Positions 1-8,855 are shown, numbered from the stretch's first letter. The stretch: DNA of 64,000 nt from a bacterium (GCA_021811365.1 JAJZPB010000001.1:32312-96311); one strand, 5' to 3'. Notes: generated by a model from the letters alone, not told the origin. Made by a program: numbers and translations.

Positions 1-50
1 ATTAAGGGCGAGGATCAGCGTTGCTGGCCCCGCCCCTTCGTCAAACGGTT

Positions 51-893
51 TTATCGCTCTTTCTTCATGCCTCCGGAGTTTCGTTCGCCGGATTTGCCAC
101 GCATGTCGTTACGAATCTGCCGGTCGCGAGCAGCGCGGGCAGCGAGCCGCTGAGCCCGAGCTGGCTTTGGGCCACCGCGCTGACCTTCCGTGCGCGTCAC
201 CGAAGTTGCAGTACCGAACGCACCAACCGGCGCCATCTTCTTTGTCGCGCCAGCCACACAGTGCTGGTTAAAGAACAGCGCGAGGGCTGGTGAGTGTCGG
301 AGGCCAGAGATGACGTGGGATTTGACCAGCGGCCTGATGTCGCCATCTTGTGCTGCGGCGATGAGCGGAGCGAGCGCTTTGTCGAGAACGGTCGATGATC
401 GCTTGCCGCCAATGGCAACCACGGCGGCGAGCTGGTGATAGTGCCAGTCCCGCAGCTTAACGGAAGCGTCGCCCTCAAGCGAACGCGCTTCCGTCAGGCC
501 GCGAAGCACTTGTACAATGCGCACGTCGGCTTGCTCCTCATTCGAAAGGCGAATCAGCTCGAGTTTGTCACCCTGACGGACAACCCTGCGCACACTGCCG
601 TCTTCGTAGCAGATATCAACGGCATCGCCATTCTTGGTGAATTGGACGAGCGTTTCGGTGCCGCCGTAGGCGACAACCTTACCACTCGAGACGCCTCGCC
701 GGAAGCGTTCCTTGAGATGGACGTGTCCCGGCAAGGGCATCTGCACGTCAATGTGCAGGTAGATTCGAAGCTTACCCCGCTGGCTTTGCCGCGGGGACCT
801 TGGAGGAAAGTCTGAAAACCCTCGGTTTTCAGGTATGCTTCCTGCATGGGCGTCATTCGAAGCAACCACTGCGCATACGATGCGCACTATCAC
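51..893 (-). pseudogene. Metallophosphoesterase-like C-terminal fragment (GHVH motif; possibly SbcD/Mre11-like), 5' end running into the IS200 element
   Basis: ORF translation contains LPGHVHLKE (GHxH motif of calcineurin-like phosphoesterases) followed by ~220 aa and a basic tail. The N-terminal ~40 codons overlap the IS200 left-end hairpins and tnpA start. No phosphoesterase motifs I-IV are found upstream. Confidence 0.3.
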
Positions 894-1400
894 CTCGTCT
901 TTCCGGTCAAATACCGCAGAGCTCTCCTAGAGCCACATATCAGCCGAGCAGTTCTGGATATCGCCAAGGATATCGAAGATCGGTACGACATCACGTTTGA
1001 AAAGATCGGCACCGATGGTGACCACATACACCTGCTCTGCTCTTTCCACCCAAAGTACTCTGGCTCTCAAATAGTCGGAAGGTTCAAAAGCATCACTGCG
1101 CGCGAACTGTTCAGGCGATTTCCAGAATTGCGGAAGAAACTGTGGGGCGGTGAATTCTGGAGCGACGGTTATTATTTAAATACAGTGTCGGAACGGGGAA
1201 ATTGGAAAACAGTCGAGCGCTATGTCGCCAACCAAGGAAAGTCGAGGGAGAAGTCTGTTCAGCTCACGCTCTGGCATTAGCCCATGCATCACGTCATACC
1301 TCGTCCGCTTGCGGCGGGGTTGTTGATTTAACGCCCGTTTGCCCCGCGGTTTGTACCAAGTCAGAACCACACGTAGGAATACTTACGCCGACTATTTCGC
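775..1400 (+). mobile_element. IS200/IS605-family insertion sequence (tnpA only) with subterminal GC-rich hairpins; boundaries approximate
   Basis: tnpA ORF 846-1280. Left-end hairpins ccccgc..gcgggg (785-810) and ctgaaaacc-ctc-ggttttcag (~812-832). Right-end hairpin gcggcgggg..ccccgcgg (~1306-1345). Confidence 0.55.
846..1280 (+). CDS. tnpA: IS200/IS605 family Y1 (HUH) transposase TnpA
   Basis: 144 aa. YHLVFPVKYRR, GDHIHLL (HuH) and catalytic-Tyr region EFWSDGYYLNTV are classic IS200 TnpA signatures. Confidence 0.9.
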   Translation: MGVIRSNHCAYDAHYHLVFPVKYRRALLEPHISRAVLDIAKDIEDRYDITFEKIGTDGDHIHLLCSFHPKYSGSQIVGRFKSITARELFRRFPELRKKLWGGEFWSDGYYLNTVSERGNWKTVERYVANQGKSREKSVQLTLWH

Positions 1401-1421
1401 GGTAGTGAGGCGGTGGACAGT

Positions 1422-1979
1422 TTAACCGTTAAACGCTCCGGCGTGATTGCGCTGGCGCAATAACGACTTCTCTTTTGACCATTGCCACAGCGCTCGGTCG
1501 AGCATGCGCAGGTCAACGCGACTTTCCTTGGCTAGTTTCGAGCAGGCCTCAAGGTATTTAAGGTAGAAATCGACGGTTATCACAGCATTCGTGACGCCAA
1601 GGGCTTGAAGCGCACGAAAGTCGACGATGGTGAACCGTTCAGGGTAGATGGCGGTCACTATCGCGGAAGCCACGGGCACCTGCACGCCTGAGAGACCAGT
1701 GAGGACAGCGATGGCAGCGCGGTCGCTCTTCGCATCGAGAGCGAGCCGCAGAGTATCGGCGACTTCCTCTTCCTTGTTTTCCGCTAGCAGCGTACGTCTA
1801 CGACCACGCGTCTTCCATTCGCAGATGATGGCGAGGTTCTTGAAAGTGTATTGTCCTTTCCGTATGAGTTCTCCTGCCACTAGCGCGTCGGCCTCTCTTT
1901 TGTCGTAATACCTCGTCGCCAATGTCTTTATCTCCAAGGGAGAGAACTGGAGCCGGAAGAGAGGCGTTCTAATAGGCAT
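1422..1979 (-). CDS. Hypothetical protein (possible helix-hairpin-helix-like segment)
   Basis: 185-aa ORF with coherent codon usage. LTGLSGVQVPVASAIVTAIYPERFTIVD resembles an HhH element. No family assignable by eye. Confidence 0.4.
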   Translation of the reverse strand: MPIRTPLFRLQFSPLEIKTLATRYYDKREADALVAGELIRKGQYTFKNLAIICEWKTRGRRRTLLAENKEEEVADTLRLALDAKSDRAAIAVLTGLSGVQVPVASAIVTAIYPERFTIVDFRALQALGVTNAVITVDFYLKYLEACSKLAKESRVDLRMLDRALWQWSKEKSLLRQRNHAGAFNG

Positions 1980-2273
1980 GAGGGGATGCTAGCACGCATC
2001 TGGGATGAGTAAACTGCCATTGCGTTCCCACTTAGCAGGCGCAAACACGGATTGACGAAAGGGGTAGATTTTTGAACTATTTCGCCAAACCGTTGACCAC
2101 GGACTCCACAAAAGTAACAAGAAACTCCTCGGTCACACAACGCAGTTTTCTGCGTTGGCAGAGACCATACAGTTCCTCGACAACAGAGTAAGGGAAGAAG
2201 CGCGTGTTGAGGACCCTGTCTCAAGGCGATTCCCACCAGTGGGGAGGTGGTAAATCAGAGAAAAGCGTACTCA

Positions 2274-2302
2274 TTGACATTTGTATAGTTGCGTGCTAGG
2301 AT
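2274..2302 (+). promoter_or_regulatory. Candidate sigma70-like promoter (TTGACA-17 nt-TAGGAT) upstream of the secreted-protein gene
   Basis: ttgaca at 2274-2279, 17-nt spacer, taggat at 2297-2302, ~40 nt before the ATG at 2342. Confidence 0.35.
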
Positions 2303-2341
2303 ATCGGCAGTACAACAATCGAGCCATCACGGAGGAATCCC

Positions 2342-2833
2342 ATGCTCGCACGTTTGTTCTTTGCCTTCTCGCTGCTCGCTTCGGCTTTCGCCGGCACCGC
2401 GCTCGCGCAAAATACGGTGTCGCCGCCGATGCCCGCGCCCTGGTATGACCATGGGTATACGGGCACGGTGCCGACCACGCTCAAGGCGGCCACCGCGGAC
2501 GAGCGCGCGTTCCTCGGTGCGGACAACGTTGGGTGGCACATGCGCGGCCCCGAGGATGTTTGTGCAGCAATGCACAGCGTCCACCTGGCCTGCGACTACA
2601 ACACCCGCGTCGTCCTGGTGAACTTCCTGAACTACTATGGGAAGGACATCATGCACGGCACGAACCCGTATGTGAACGACCTGCGTAAGCGGGGGGACTG
2701 GTGGTCGTCGGACTTCGATATCTTCATCGGAGAACCGAATCAGAACCACCTGCTCGCTGTCGCCATCCAGCGCAACGAGCGCCTGTTCCATGACGGGAAC
2801 CTGACCGCGGCGGCGGTGAAGCATTGGCGCTAG
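2342..2833 (+). CDS. Secreted hypothetical protein (N-terminal signal peptide)
   Basis: N-terminus MLARLFFAFSLLASAFAGTALAQN is a typical Sec signal. 163 aa. Preceded by a ~360-nt non-coding region. Confidence 0.6.
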   Translation: MLARLFFAFSLLASAFAGTALAQNTVSPPMPAPWYDHGYTGTVPTTLKAATADERAFLGADNVGWHMRGPEDVCAAMHSVHLACDYNTRVVLVNFLNYYGKDIMHGTNPYVNDLRKRGDWWSSDFDIFIGEPNQNHLLAVAIQRNERLFHDGNLTAAAVKHWR

Positions 2834-2947
2834 GAGGAGCGCACAATAACGGGCGACAAGGGACGGCTTACGCTGTCCCTTTTGCTTTGGCACACATTAG
2901 TGAAGTTGCGCGGTATCCACTGGTGCTGCGAAAACACACCTACTTGA

Positions 2948-3322
2948 TTGCCGTTCACAAACCCTCCCTCCTCCCATACATTCACTCCAATGAAGCAAGG
3001 CCACCGCTCAGGCGGCAAGTACGTTTCCAATCACACAACGGTCATTCCTGCAGCAGGAGAACTGTCTGACATAGCAGACCGACAATCAGAAGTAACAAAA
3101 ATATCACTCGACTTCATCAAGGCTGGTCTCCCATCTCTATCAGGGAAGCGTCGTGCCAAGCTCACGGAGCGACAGGGCAATCTATTACTCATGATACGGG
3201 ACAACTCCTCGATGCAGGAAGTCGTGGTGTACACATCCGATCCTTCCAAGACGAAGCGCGCGCTTTATCGGGATGGCAAGAAAGCCAGTATCGAAGTGTC
3301 GTTCGTGAAGCTGGAGAAGTGA
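2948..3322 (+). CDS. Hypothetical protein
   Basis: 124-aa ORF in a lower-GC patch. No recognizable motifs. Confidence 0.3.
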   Translation: MPFTNPPSSHTFTPMKQGHRSGGKYVSNHTTVIPAAGELSDIADRQSEVTKISLDFIKAGLPSLSGKRRAKLTERQGNLLLMIRDNSSMQEVVVYTSDPSKTKRALYRDGKKASIEVSFVKLEK

Positions 3323-3506
3323 GGCTCACTTAGGAGAACCCTTTTGCCCACCCTTCGCGTCTCGCTTCTTGCGTTTCGGTCGACAGACGGGGCACGAACC
3401 GCTGCCACGATACTGGTGTCCTTTGCTCCACATGCTGCACGAAGTCAGAACCTGTGGGCTATGAAAGTTGAAGACCTACCGCAGGACCTCGACTCGGTGC
3501 TGCGTC

Positions 3507-3962
3507 CTATGGGAACGTCTTGATCAAAAGCATTCCAGGACAGTCGTCATCAGGATCGTTGATGGTGCCGTGCTGAACAAAACCGAGGTGCTCATAGAAT
3601 TTCCAAGAATTGCTGTGCGTACCTGGGCTGTAGCATTGGATCTCCGTAAACGACTCACGCTTCGCGCTCTCTTCAATCTTCGCTATGAGGGCGCTGCCTA
3701 CGCCTTCCCCGCTATGTTTTGATGCCACTATGTACAGTTCTGCGGGTTTTTTCGTCTTCGCGTGCGCCTTAAGATATTCTGGTGCGTCTCTATAGCCCGC
3801 AACGCCTACCACCTCGCCCTCTTTCTCCGCAATATAATAACGTCCATTGCGCGTATCAATGTTGTGCGAAAGCTCATTTAAAAATTCGTTGTCATTCCAG
3901 TATTGAGCAAAAATTTTTTCCACGCTTTCCTTGTCTGCGTCTTCGTATTCTCGGATTTTCAT
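3507..3962 (-). CDS. GNAT family N-acetyltransferase
   Basis: 151 aa. GVAGY...ELYIVASKHSGEGVGSALIAKIEE matches GNAT motif A (acetyl-CoA binding loop) ahead of a C-terminal beta strand. Confidence 0.8.
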   Translation of the reverse strand: MKIREYEDADKESVEKIFAQYWNDNEFLNELSHNIDTRNGRYYIAEKEGEVVGVAGYRDAPEYLKAHAKTKKPAELYIVASKHSGEGVGSALIAKIEESAKRESFTEIQCYSPGTHSNSWKFYEHLGFVQHGTINDPDDDCPGMLLIKTFP

Positions 3963-4001
3963 ATTCTAAATTATATCGTGTGCGGTATTTCAAATAGTAC
4001 A

Positions 4002-4027
4002 GTGCCGCGGGGTTGCCCCCGCGGCAC
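4002..4027. repeat. Perfect GC-rich palindrome (11-bp stem, ttgc loop) resembling the IS200-end / REP-like hairpins
   Basis: gtgccgcgggg-ttgc-ccccgcggcac. Shares the ccgcgggg/ccccgcgg arms with the hairpins flanking tnpA at 785-810 and 1306-1345. Confidence 0.5.
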
Positions 4028-4079
4028 CAATCCATCAATAGATGGTCGTCAGACCAGCGCGCGGCATGCCTCGAGCAAG

Positions 4080-4274
4080 ATGGCCGACAGGGAGACTTCG
4101 GCGGCCATGAAGAGGGTCCGGTCCAACCCGCAGGAACTGAAGAAGGCAAGCAGTGAACTCAAGAGCAACTGGGAGAAAATAAAGAACGAAGCAGGGAAAT
4201 CCAAAAAGCGGGTAGGGAAGCCAGTAAAGAAAGCCGCTATGAAGGTAACCGCAAAGCGGGGGCATAAAAAGTAG
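4080..4274 (+). CDS. Small lysine-rich basic protein (64 aa)
   Basis: MADRETSAAMKRVRSNPQELKKASSELKSNWEKIKNEAGKSKKRVGKPVKKAAMKVTAKRGHKK. Internal ATG at 4080 of the longer track ORF, whose upstream part is AT-rich non-coding. Confidence 0.4.
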   Translation: MADRETSAAMKRVRSNPQELKKASSELKSNWEKIKNEAGKSKKRVGKPVKKAAMKVTAKRGHKK

Positions 4275-4302
4275 TCGAAGGGCAATCTTGTTTGCGCCCT
4301 TG

Positions 4303-4420
4303 GCTGGACACGTTCAGAACTCTGGACTGCCCACAGATCGAGAGGGAACTGGAGGATGTGGGCTTTGTATAAAACGAAAACCGCTCCTTCATCGCAAGAC
4401 GAAGGTTTGGTTTTCGTCTT
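4303..4420. repeat. Structured intergenic repeat, copy A (GTTCAGA-AC-TCTGGAC inverted repeat ... TTTGTATAAAA ... nested terminator-like hairpin)
   Basis: Aligns with copies at 5801-5910 and 6455-6570. Shared blocks are ggacacgttcagaactctg.actgg, gagagggaa.tggagg.g.ggg.tttgtataaaa.gaaaaccgc, and a hairpin with A- and T-tracts. Confidence 0.7.
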
Positions 4421-4630
4421 GCAGAAGAGGTCGTCAACAGTTCGTGTGTGAGGCCCCTCGCACTTATGGCGCTATAGTCGTGCGCGACGACCAGGAGGGC
4501 ATTGGGGGTGGTCCTTGACCCGATAGGTGGGCTGGACGGTTTGGCACGCGGGGCACAGCTCACGTATGTAGTCGCCTACGCAGAATGAAATAGCCGTCCT
4601 TGTGGAAGGGACGGCTATGCCAGAATGAGT

Positions 4631-5233
4631 TCACAAGATCGGAATAACTGCCGATGCTGTTATGCGCCATGAGGCACCGCGCCAGACAGATAGCAGATAT
4701 TCCTCGCTCCAAGCCGCATTTCCTATCGCTAGAACTGGAGAGTATGCCCTCACGTTGGGTATCCTGTCGTCCATTACAAAGTAAAGGCCATCTTCAAAAC
4801 CTGCGATGACCACAATATGTGCCGCGACGGTTGCTGTTGGATTCGTCCGTACCCAGATCGCAATAGGTTTATCGGCATTGCGCCTGAGAAACTCCAGACG
4901 GTCCGCGAGCGAAACCCGATGAATTTCCGTCAGGATTCCAAATTCACCCAACCCAGCTTTCATCATTTTGGGAAATTCAGGGTGGAACAATTGCCAAGCG
5001 AGTCCACGACGCGGAATTAAATCTACAGGTTTGCCCAACCGTGTGGCCACGAACCTTTCGCAATCCTCTCCGCAGAACGGTGGGTGGCGTAGAACAAAAT
5101 CAGGAACTTTGCCGAGTTTTACCAACAGAACCTCCTGCTGTCGCAGTTGCCCATTACTACAGTAACGTATAACCTGTATGCTGTCAAGGTTTGGCTCGGT
5201 ACATTCAACCTCCAAGTGCAACGCCCACCTCAC
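4631..5233 (-). CDS. Putative papain-like/C39-like cysteine peptidase (BtrH-like)
   Basis: 200 aa. An N-proximal Cys-containing segment (PFCGEDC), a downstream AAHIVVIAGFEDG...VMDD His/Asp block resembling the peptidase_C39-like GHxVV motif. Confidence 0.35.
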   Translation of the reverse strand: MRWALHLEVECTEPNLDSIQVIRYCSNGQLRQQEVLLVKLGKVPDFVLRHPPFCGEDCERFVATRLGKPVDLIPRRGLAWQLFHPEFPKMMKAGLGEFGILTEIHRVSLADRLEFLRRNADKPIAIWVRTNPTATVAAHIVVIAGFEDGLYFVMDDRIPNVRAYSPVLAIGNAAWSEEYLLSVWRGASWRITASAVIPIL

Positions 5234-5800
5234 GCAAGTTCGAATCCCACCAGCCCGGCGGGAAGCATCTTGCTGGGTAGGGAAGTAGGAGTATATAGCT
5301 GTTCGTTTGCTCTCAGACCATATCGTTAATATAACTTCGGCATAAAACAGAAGACCGCCTCACCGAGACGACCCGGTGGGCGATCTCTGTGTGAAGGCGG
5401 TAAGGCCGAAGCTCAGATCGCTTGAGAATTCGAAGGCCGAGCGTTTGCTGTCCTCCCAAGCCTCAAGATGCTGTCGGCTTTTGCAACTTTGTCTGGCGTA
5501 GGGCCAAGCTGTGCAGCGGTCCTGTCTCGTTATTCGCATTTCGCTTGAACAAAACCCCGCATGAACGCGGCGTGCTCGGCGCGGTGTAGGGTGTGTTTTG
5601 GCTCTCTGTCAATGAAGGCTGGAAGTGCGGCGACATACACCCCTTGGCTTACGTATATCGCCAGTCGATGTCGCATGCGTCGTTGACGCCACCGACGGAC
5701 CCATCCGGCTATTGACATGGTGAGTGTCTCCTCTGCTGTCTAAGCATAGTGTGCCACAAAGGGCACCAGGATTCCACGATTCAAGAACATTTTCCCCGTA

Positions 5801-5910
5801 CTGGACACGTTCAAAACTTTGAACTGGCCACCAGCGGAGTGTCTATGCTTGTATAATGAAGAAAAACCGCCACTCCGTCGCGAGACGAAGCTTTGGTTTT
5901 TCGTCTCGCC
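5801..5910. repeat. Structured intergenic repeat, copy B (GTTCAAA-AC-TTTGAAC inverted repeat, tataat, hairpin)
   Basis: Same architecture as copies A and C. Compensatory changes in the inverted repeat (caaa/tttg versus caga/tctg). Confidence 0.7.
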
Positions 5911-5919
5911 GAGAGGCGG

Positions 5920-6429
5920 TTAGTTGGTGCTGCCTGTCGTTGCGAGCACTTGTTTCCTATGTTTTTCCAGCAGAAACGTCAGAAGCATGTGCCCCTTCAA
6001 TCCCGAGAGATTGTTGGACGGTACGGGTTCGATCGGACCGATTGTCTCGCAGAGCACTTTTTTCATCTGCTCGACACAGTCCGACCCGCTTCCCTTAGCC
6101 ACCTTGGCCATGAACCCCACTCCCGCGAGCAGGAACCAGCCAGTGTGAACGATCGGCCCCATCTTTTCGCAGAGAGAGGCCACGCCGTCTCCTTGCGATG
6201 ATTTTACATGCGCCAGCCACCCTGAGGTTTCGACGTCACCACTCCATTCAACATACGCCCCCTCATGTTCCCCGAGTGGGAAGCGATACATGGGATCGGT
6301 TACCGCAAACACCACTTCGTCGTGGTGATCGTGGGGTATCACCCCATGCGTGAGCAAAATCGGAAAGTCCTTCATTGCGATACCCTCCAGGAAGGTGAAC
6401 AACCAGCTGGACAATGAATACCACGACAT
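5920..6429 (-). CDS. Hypothetical protein (169 aa)
   Basis: Coherent ORF. Its stop codon directly abuts repeat copy B. Confidence 0.5.
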   Translation of the reverse strand: MSWYSLSSWLFTFLEGIAMKDFPILLTHGVIPHDHHDEVVFAVTDPMYRFPLGEHEGAYVEWSGDVETSGWLAHVKSSQGDGVASLCEKMGPIVHTGWFLLAGVGFMAKVAKGSGSDCVEQMKKVLCETIGPIEPVPSNNLSGLKGHMLLTFLLEKHRKQVLATTGSTN

Positions 6430-6454
6430 TTCATCTTTGTCAGCTCCCCATTGT

Positions 6455-6570
6455 GGCCAAGTTCAGAACTCTGAACTGGGCGCAGGTTGAGAGGGAAGTG
6501 GAGGTGGTGGGGTTTGTATAAAATGAAAACCGCCCCTTCGCACGAAACGAAGGGTTGGTTTTCGTTTCGT
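6455..6570. repeat. Structured intergenic repeat, copy C (perfect GTTCAGA-AC-TCTGAAC inverted repeat ... TTTGTATAAAATG ... hairpin)
   Basis: Aligns with copies A and B. The hairpin cccttcg-cacgaaa-cgaaggg is flanked by aaaacc/ggtttt. Confidence 0.7.
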
Positions 6571-6582
6571 TGAGTGAGGCGA

Positions 6583-6813
6583 TTATACGCTGATGACTTC
6601 GCCGCGAGGGCCGTACACCATGACCATGGCCATGAACATCGTCATGCCGCAGCTCGTGTGACTGGTCGACGCGATTGCGGCTGCGGCACCATTGAAGCCA
6701 GCTTCCGTCAGGCGTCTCCTAATATCATCCTCCGACTTGGAAGATGCGACGATGCGTTTGGCGACCGTTTCTGCTTCGTCGGTCGTCATTTCGTTGAAGG
6801 GTTTTTGGGACAT
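6583..6813 (-). CDS. Small hypothetical protein (76 aa)
   Basis: The ORF stop abuts repeat copy C. A TTGACA-17-TACATA promoter-like element lies ~80 nt upstream on the minus strand. Confidence 0.4.
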   Translation of the reverse strand: MSQKPFNEMTTDEAETVAKRIVASSKSEDDIRRRLTEAGFNGAAAAIASTSHTSCGMTMFMAMVMVYGPRGEVISV

Positions 6814-6981
6814 CGTTCTAGCGTCCTTCCGGGCGAGGTAGAATTAAGGGACGAAGCGGACGGACTGCCCGCATCTGATTGTTTATGTAGCACGACAGAA
6901 TACATTTGTCAAGTTTGCTCCCCATGTTGCACGAAGTAAGAACCTATGCACCTGCGATTTAAACAAATAAAGAACCGCCCT

Positions 6982-7410
6982 TCACGGGCGGCTCCAGCCG
7001 AGACGTAGCCTTGCTAGTTCGCGCACTTCCTTCAGGTCTTTTTGTCCCTCTCTGGGGTATTTTGCAAATTCCTCCAGCAGGTCCTGTGGACATACGGGAT
7101 TGTTTACAAGCGCCATGCAGATGTACCAGTGGCGCTCGGTCGCGACTTCACGATGCTGGTCGAGCGTCACACGGACGCTTGCGGCAACGGCTTGACGCAG
7201 TACCCAATTCGAGGACCGTAACGCCTTGGTGGCAAGTTCTTGTATAAAGGCATCCGGAATGGCGGGAGAAGTATTACCGATGACGCTCGCGCGTACTGCG
7301 TCGTCCGGATCGCAGCCCAGTTTGCGGAGCTCGTCGCCAGGCGTATGGACGCTCGACGCTCTCCTCACTCGCTCGTATCGAGTCCCGTCTGACTTATCTG
7401 CGTAGCTCAT
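6982..7410 (-). CDS. Hypothetical protein (142 aa)
   Basis: ORF followed on the minus strand by a hairpin terminator (ccgccc-ttca-cgggcgg at ~6968-6990). Overlaps the next gene by 17 nt. Confidence 0.5.
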   Translation of the reverse strand: MSYADKSDGTRYERVRRASSVHTPGDELRKLGCDPDDAVRASVIGNTSPAIPDAFIQELATKALRSSNWVLRQAVAASVRVTLDQHREVATERHWYICMALVNNPVCPQDLLEEFAKYPREGQKDLKEVRELARLRLGWSRP

Positions 7411-7651
7411 AGTACATTGCCTCGCTTTTCAGGCCGCGTTTGCGGCCAGCTTCCTTCTCTTTGTGATCCAGGTAGATGACCCGCTCGGAGTCCACAACAC
7501 TGAACCCTGGGCAGTTCCGGAGGGACACAGTTCTTTTCTTTCTTCCCTCGAGCGTCCCGTACGACTGGGGTGATGCTATACGCCCGGCTCGGCATTTCTG
7601 CTTGCGGTGCTCTATGGCGGAGCGACCGCAGTGCTGGCACAGTTCATTCAT
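7394..7651 (-). CDS. Hypothetical zinc-ribbon-like small protein (85 aa)
   Basis: A CQHCG...C cysteine pattern near the N-terminus. Translationally coupled to 6982-7410. Confidence 0.4.
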   Translation of the reverse strand: MNELCQHCGRSAIEHRKQKCRAGRIASPQSYGTLEGRKKRTVSLRNCPGFSVVDSERVIYLDHKEKEAGRKRGLKSEAMYYELRR

Positions 7652-7790
7652 GGGTCTACTCCACAGTTTCCTACCGAAACCTAGCTAAACGGAGGAGAGG
7701 AGTCAATGCCAAGCCGCTAGTCGGACATGAAGGCAATAAAACAGTAGACCGCCCTCACCGAGACGAACCCAGTGAGGGGCTGGTCTTCGG

Positions 7791-8066
7791 TCAGGCGGGT
7801 TCCAGTTTGAAGTGCTGCTCGGGCTTCGTATCGTCGGCGGGCCAGATGACGCCATATCCGCGCTCTTTCCACCACGCATTGGCGAGTGGCGTTACGTGGC
7901 GTGCCCATTCGGCAACGCGCACGTCGACTTCCGCACGCTCATCTGGGCACATGAGTTCGAGCACCTTCTTGGAGGTCACCCGCTTCGTTTCGAGCCAGGC
8001 CGTTCTCAGTTGTTCAATGTAGGCGCGGTAGTCCGGGCATAGTTGCTCAAAAGCCGTTTGGTCCAT
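7791..8066 (-). CDS. Hypothetical protein (91 aa)
   Basis: ORF followed on the minus strand by a hairpin plus TGTTTTATT terminator (7745-7790). Confidence 0.45.
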   Translation of the reverse strand: MDQTAFEQLCPDYRAYIEQLRTAWLETKRVTSKKVLELMCPDERAEVDVRVAEWARHVTPLANAWWKERGYGVIWPADDTKPEQHFKLEPA

Positions 8067-8153
8067 CGTCTAGTGCAAGCCAAATGTGATAGACTGCCGG
8101 TTGGAGCATCTGCACTGCGCAGAAGCGCGTCATACAATGGAAAGGGCAGCAGC

Positions 8154-8855
8154 ATGTTGATTTATGCGCCTCCGGAACTTGCGGCGCGTGCCTCGCGCCT
8201 TGTCGCTGAAACTGGTGTGGCTATGGTAGATCCAGACGGGTGGTTTACTTACACGGGAGGGATTCGCAGTCCGGTGTACCTGCAAATCCGTGACCTGACT
8301 AAATATGCGCCACAATGGATGGAAGTTGTGCGGTGCATGGCGGAGTTCATCCGATGGGCGATGACTGACGCTGTTAGCGGAAGTCAGCGCATACCGGAGC
8401 CGATGAAAGGGGTGTACGGAGTTCCTGAAGGGGCAACGCTCCTTTCCGGTGCACTTGCGTACGAGCTTGGAGTAGGTGCCATACGTATCCATCAAGAAAG
8501 GAAAGCGTATGGCATAGGGCAGACTTTATTCGGTATCCGCCCCTTCGAACAAGCTTGTGTCCTTGAAGACACGAGCTCCACCGGTACAGCTGTTGTCGCA
8601 AAGGGTGTTGCGCCACTCCGAGCATGTGGGGTGCGCGTTGAACACGCATTTCTCTTCGCTTCTCATGGCCTCGGAGTTGCCGAAACATTTGAGAGATGCG
8701 GGGTCACCGGCTTCTGTCTGTGCCGATCAGAGGATATATTTGGCCATGTTCTTGAACGCTCACAACACGACGAGCGAACACGGAGAATCGTCAGAGCATG
8801 GTTCGAAGACCCTGAGACTGCCTCGAACGCCTACGTCGTCTCGCATCCAGCGTAG
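8154..8855 (+). CDS. pyrE: Phosphoribosyltransferase, orotate PRTase (PyrE)-like
   Basis: Start taken at the ATG at 8154, preceded by ggaaaggg. TYTGGIRSPVYLQIRD matches the PyrE PRPP/orotate loop, and VLEDTSSTGTAV matches the PRTase type-I PRPP-binding motif. Confidence 0.6.
   Translation: MLIYAPPELAARASRLVAETGVAMVDPDGWFTYTGGIRSPVYLQIRDLTKYAPQWMEVVRCMAEFIRWAMTDAVSGSQRIPEPMKGVYGVPEGATLLSGALAYELGVGAIRIHQERKAYGIGQTLFGIRPFEQACVLEDTSSTGTAVVAKGVAPLRACGVRVEHAFLFASHGLGVAETFERCGVTGFCLCRSEDIFGHVLERSQHDERTRRIVRAWFEDPETASNAYVVSHPA

Noticed and set aside
5200-5265. A full tRNA gene at the tRNA-like T-loop sequence
   Set aside because: No T-stem partner, anticodon arm or acceptor 5' strand could be paired. 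Only a 3' fragment is tRNA-like.
5856-6098. ORF 5856-6098 (+), starting inside repeat copy B at tataATGaag
   Set aside because: The ATG lies within a non-coding repeat whose other copies lack a start codon or an equivalent frame. The ORF is antisense to the better-supported 5920-6429 gene.
4303-6570. Interpretation of the structured repeats as integron attC sites
   Set aside because: The inverted repeat GTTCARA does not satisfy the attC core GTTRRRY. No R''/L'' extrahelical-base architecture is evident, and no IntI-like tyrosine recombinase is present in the window. Kept only as a loose analogy.
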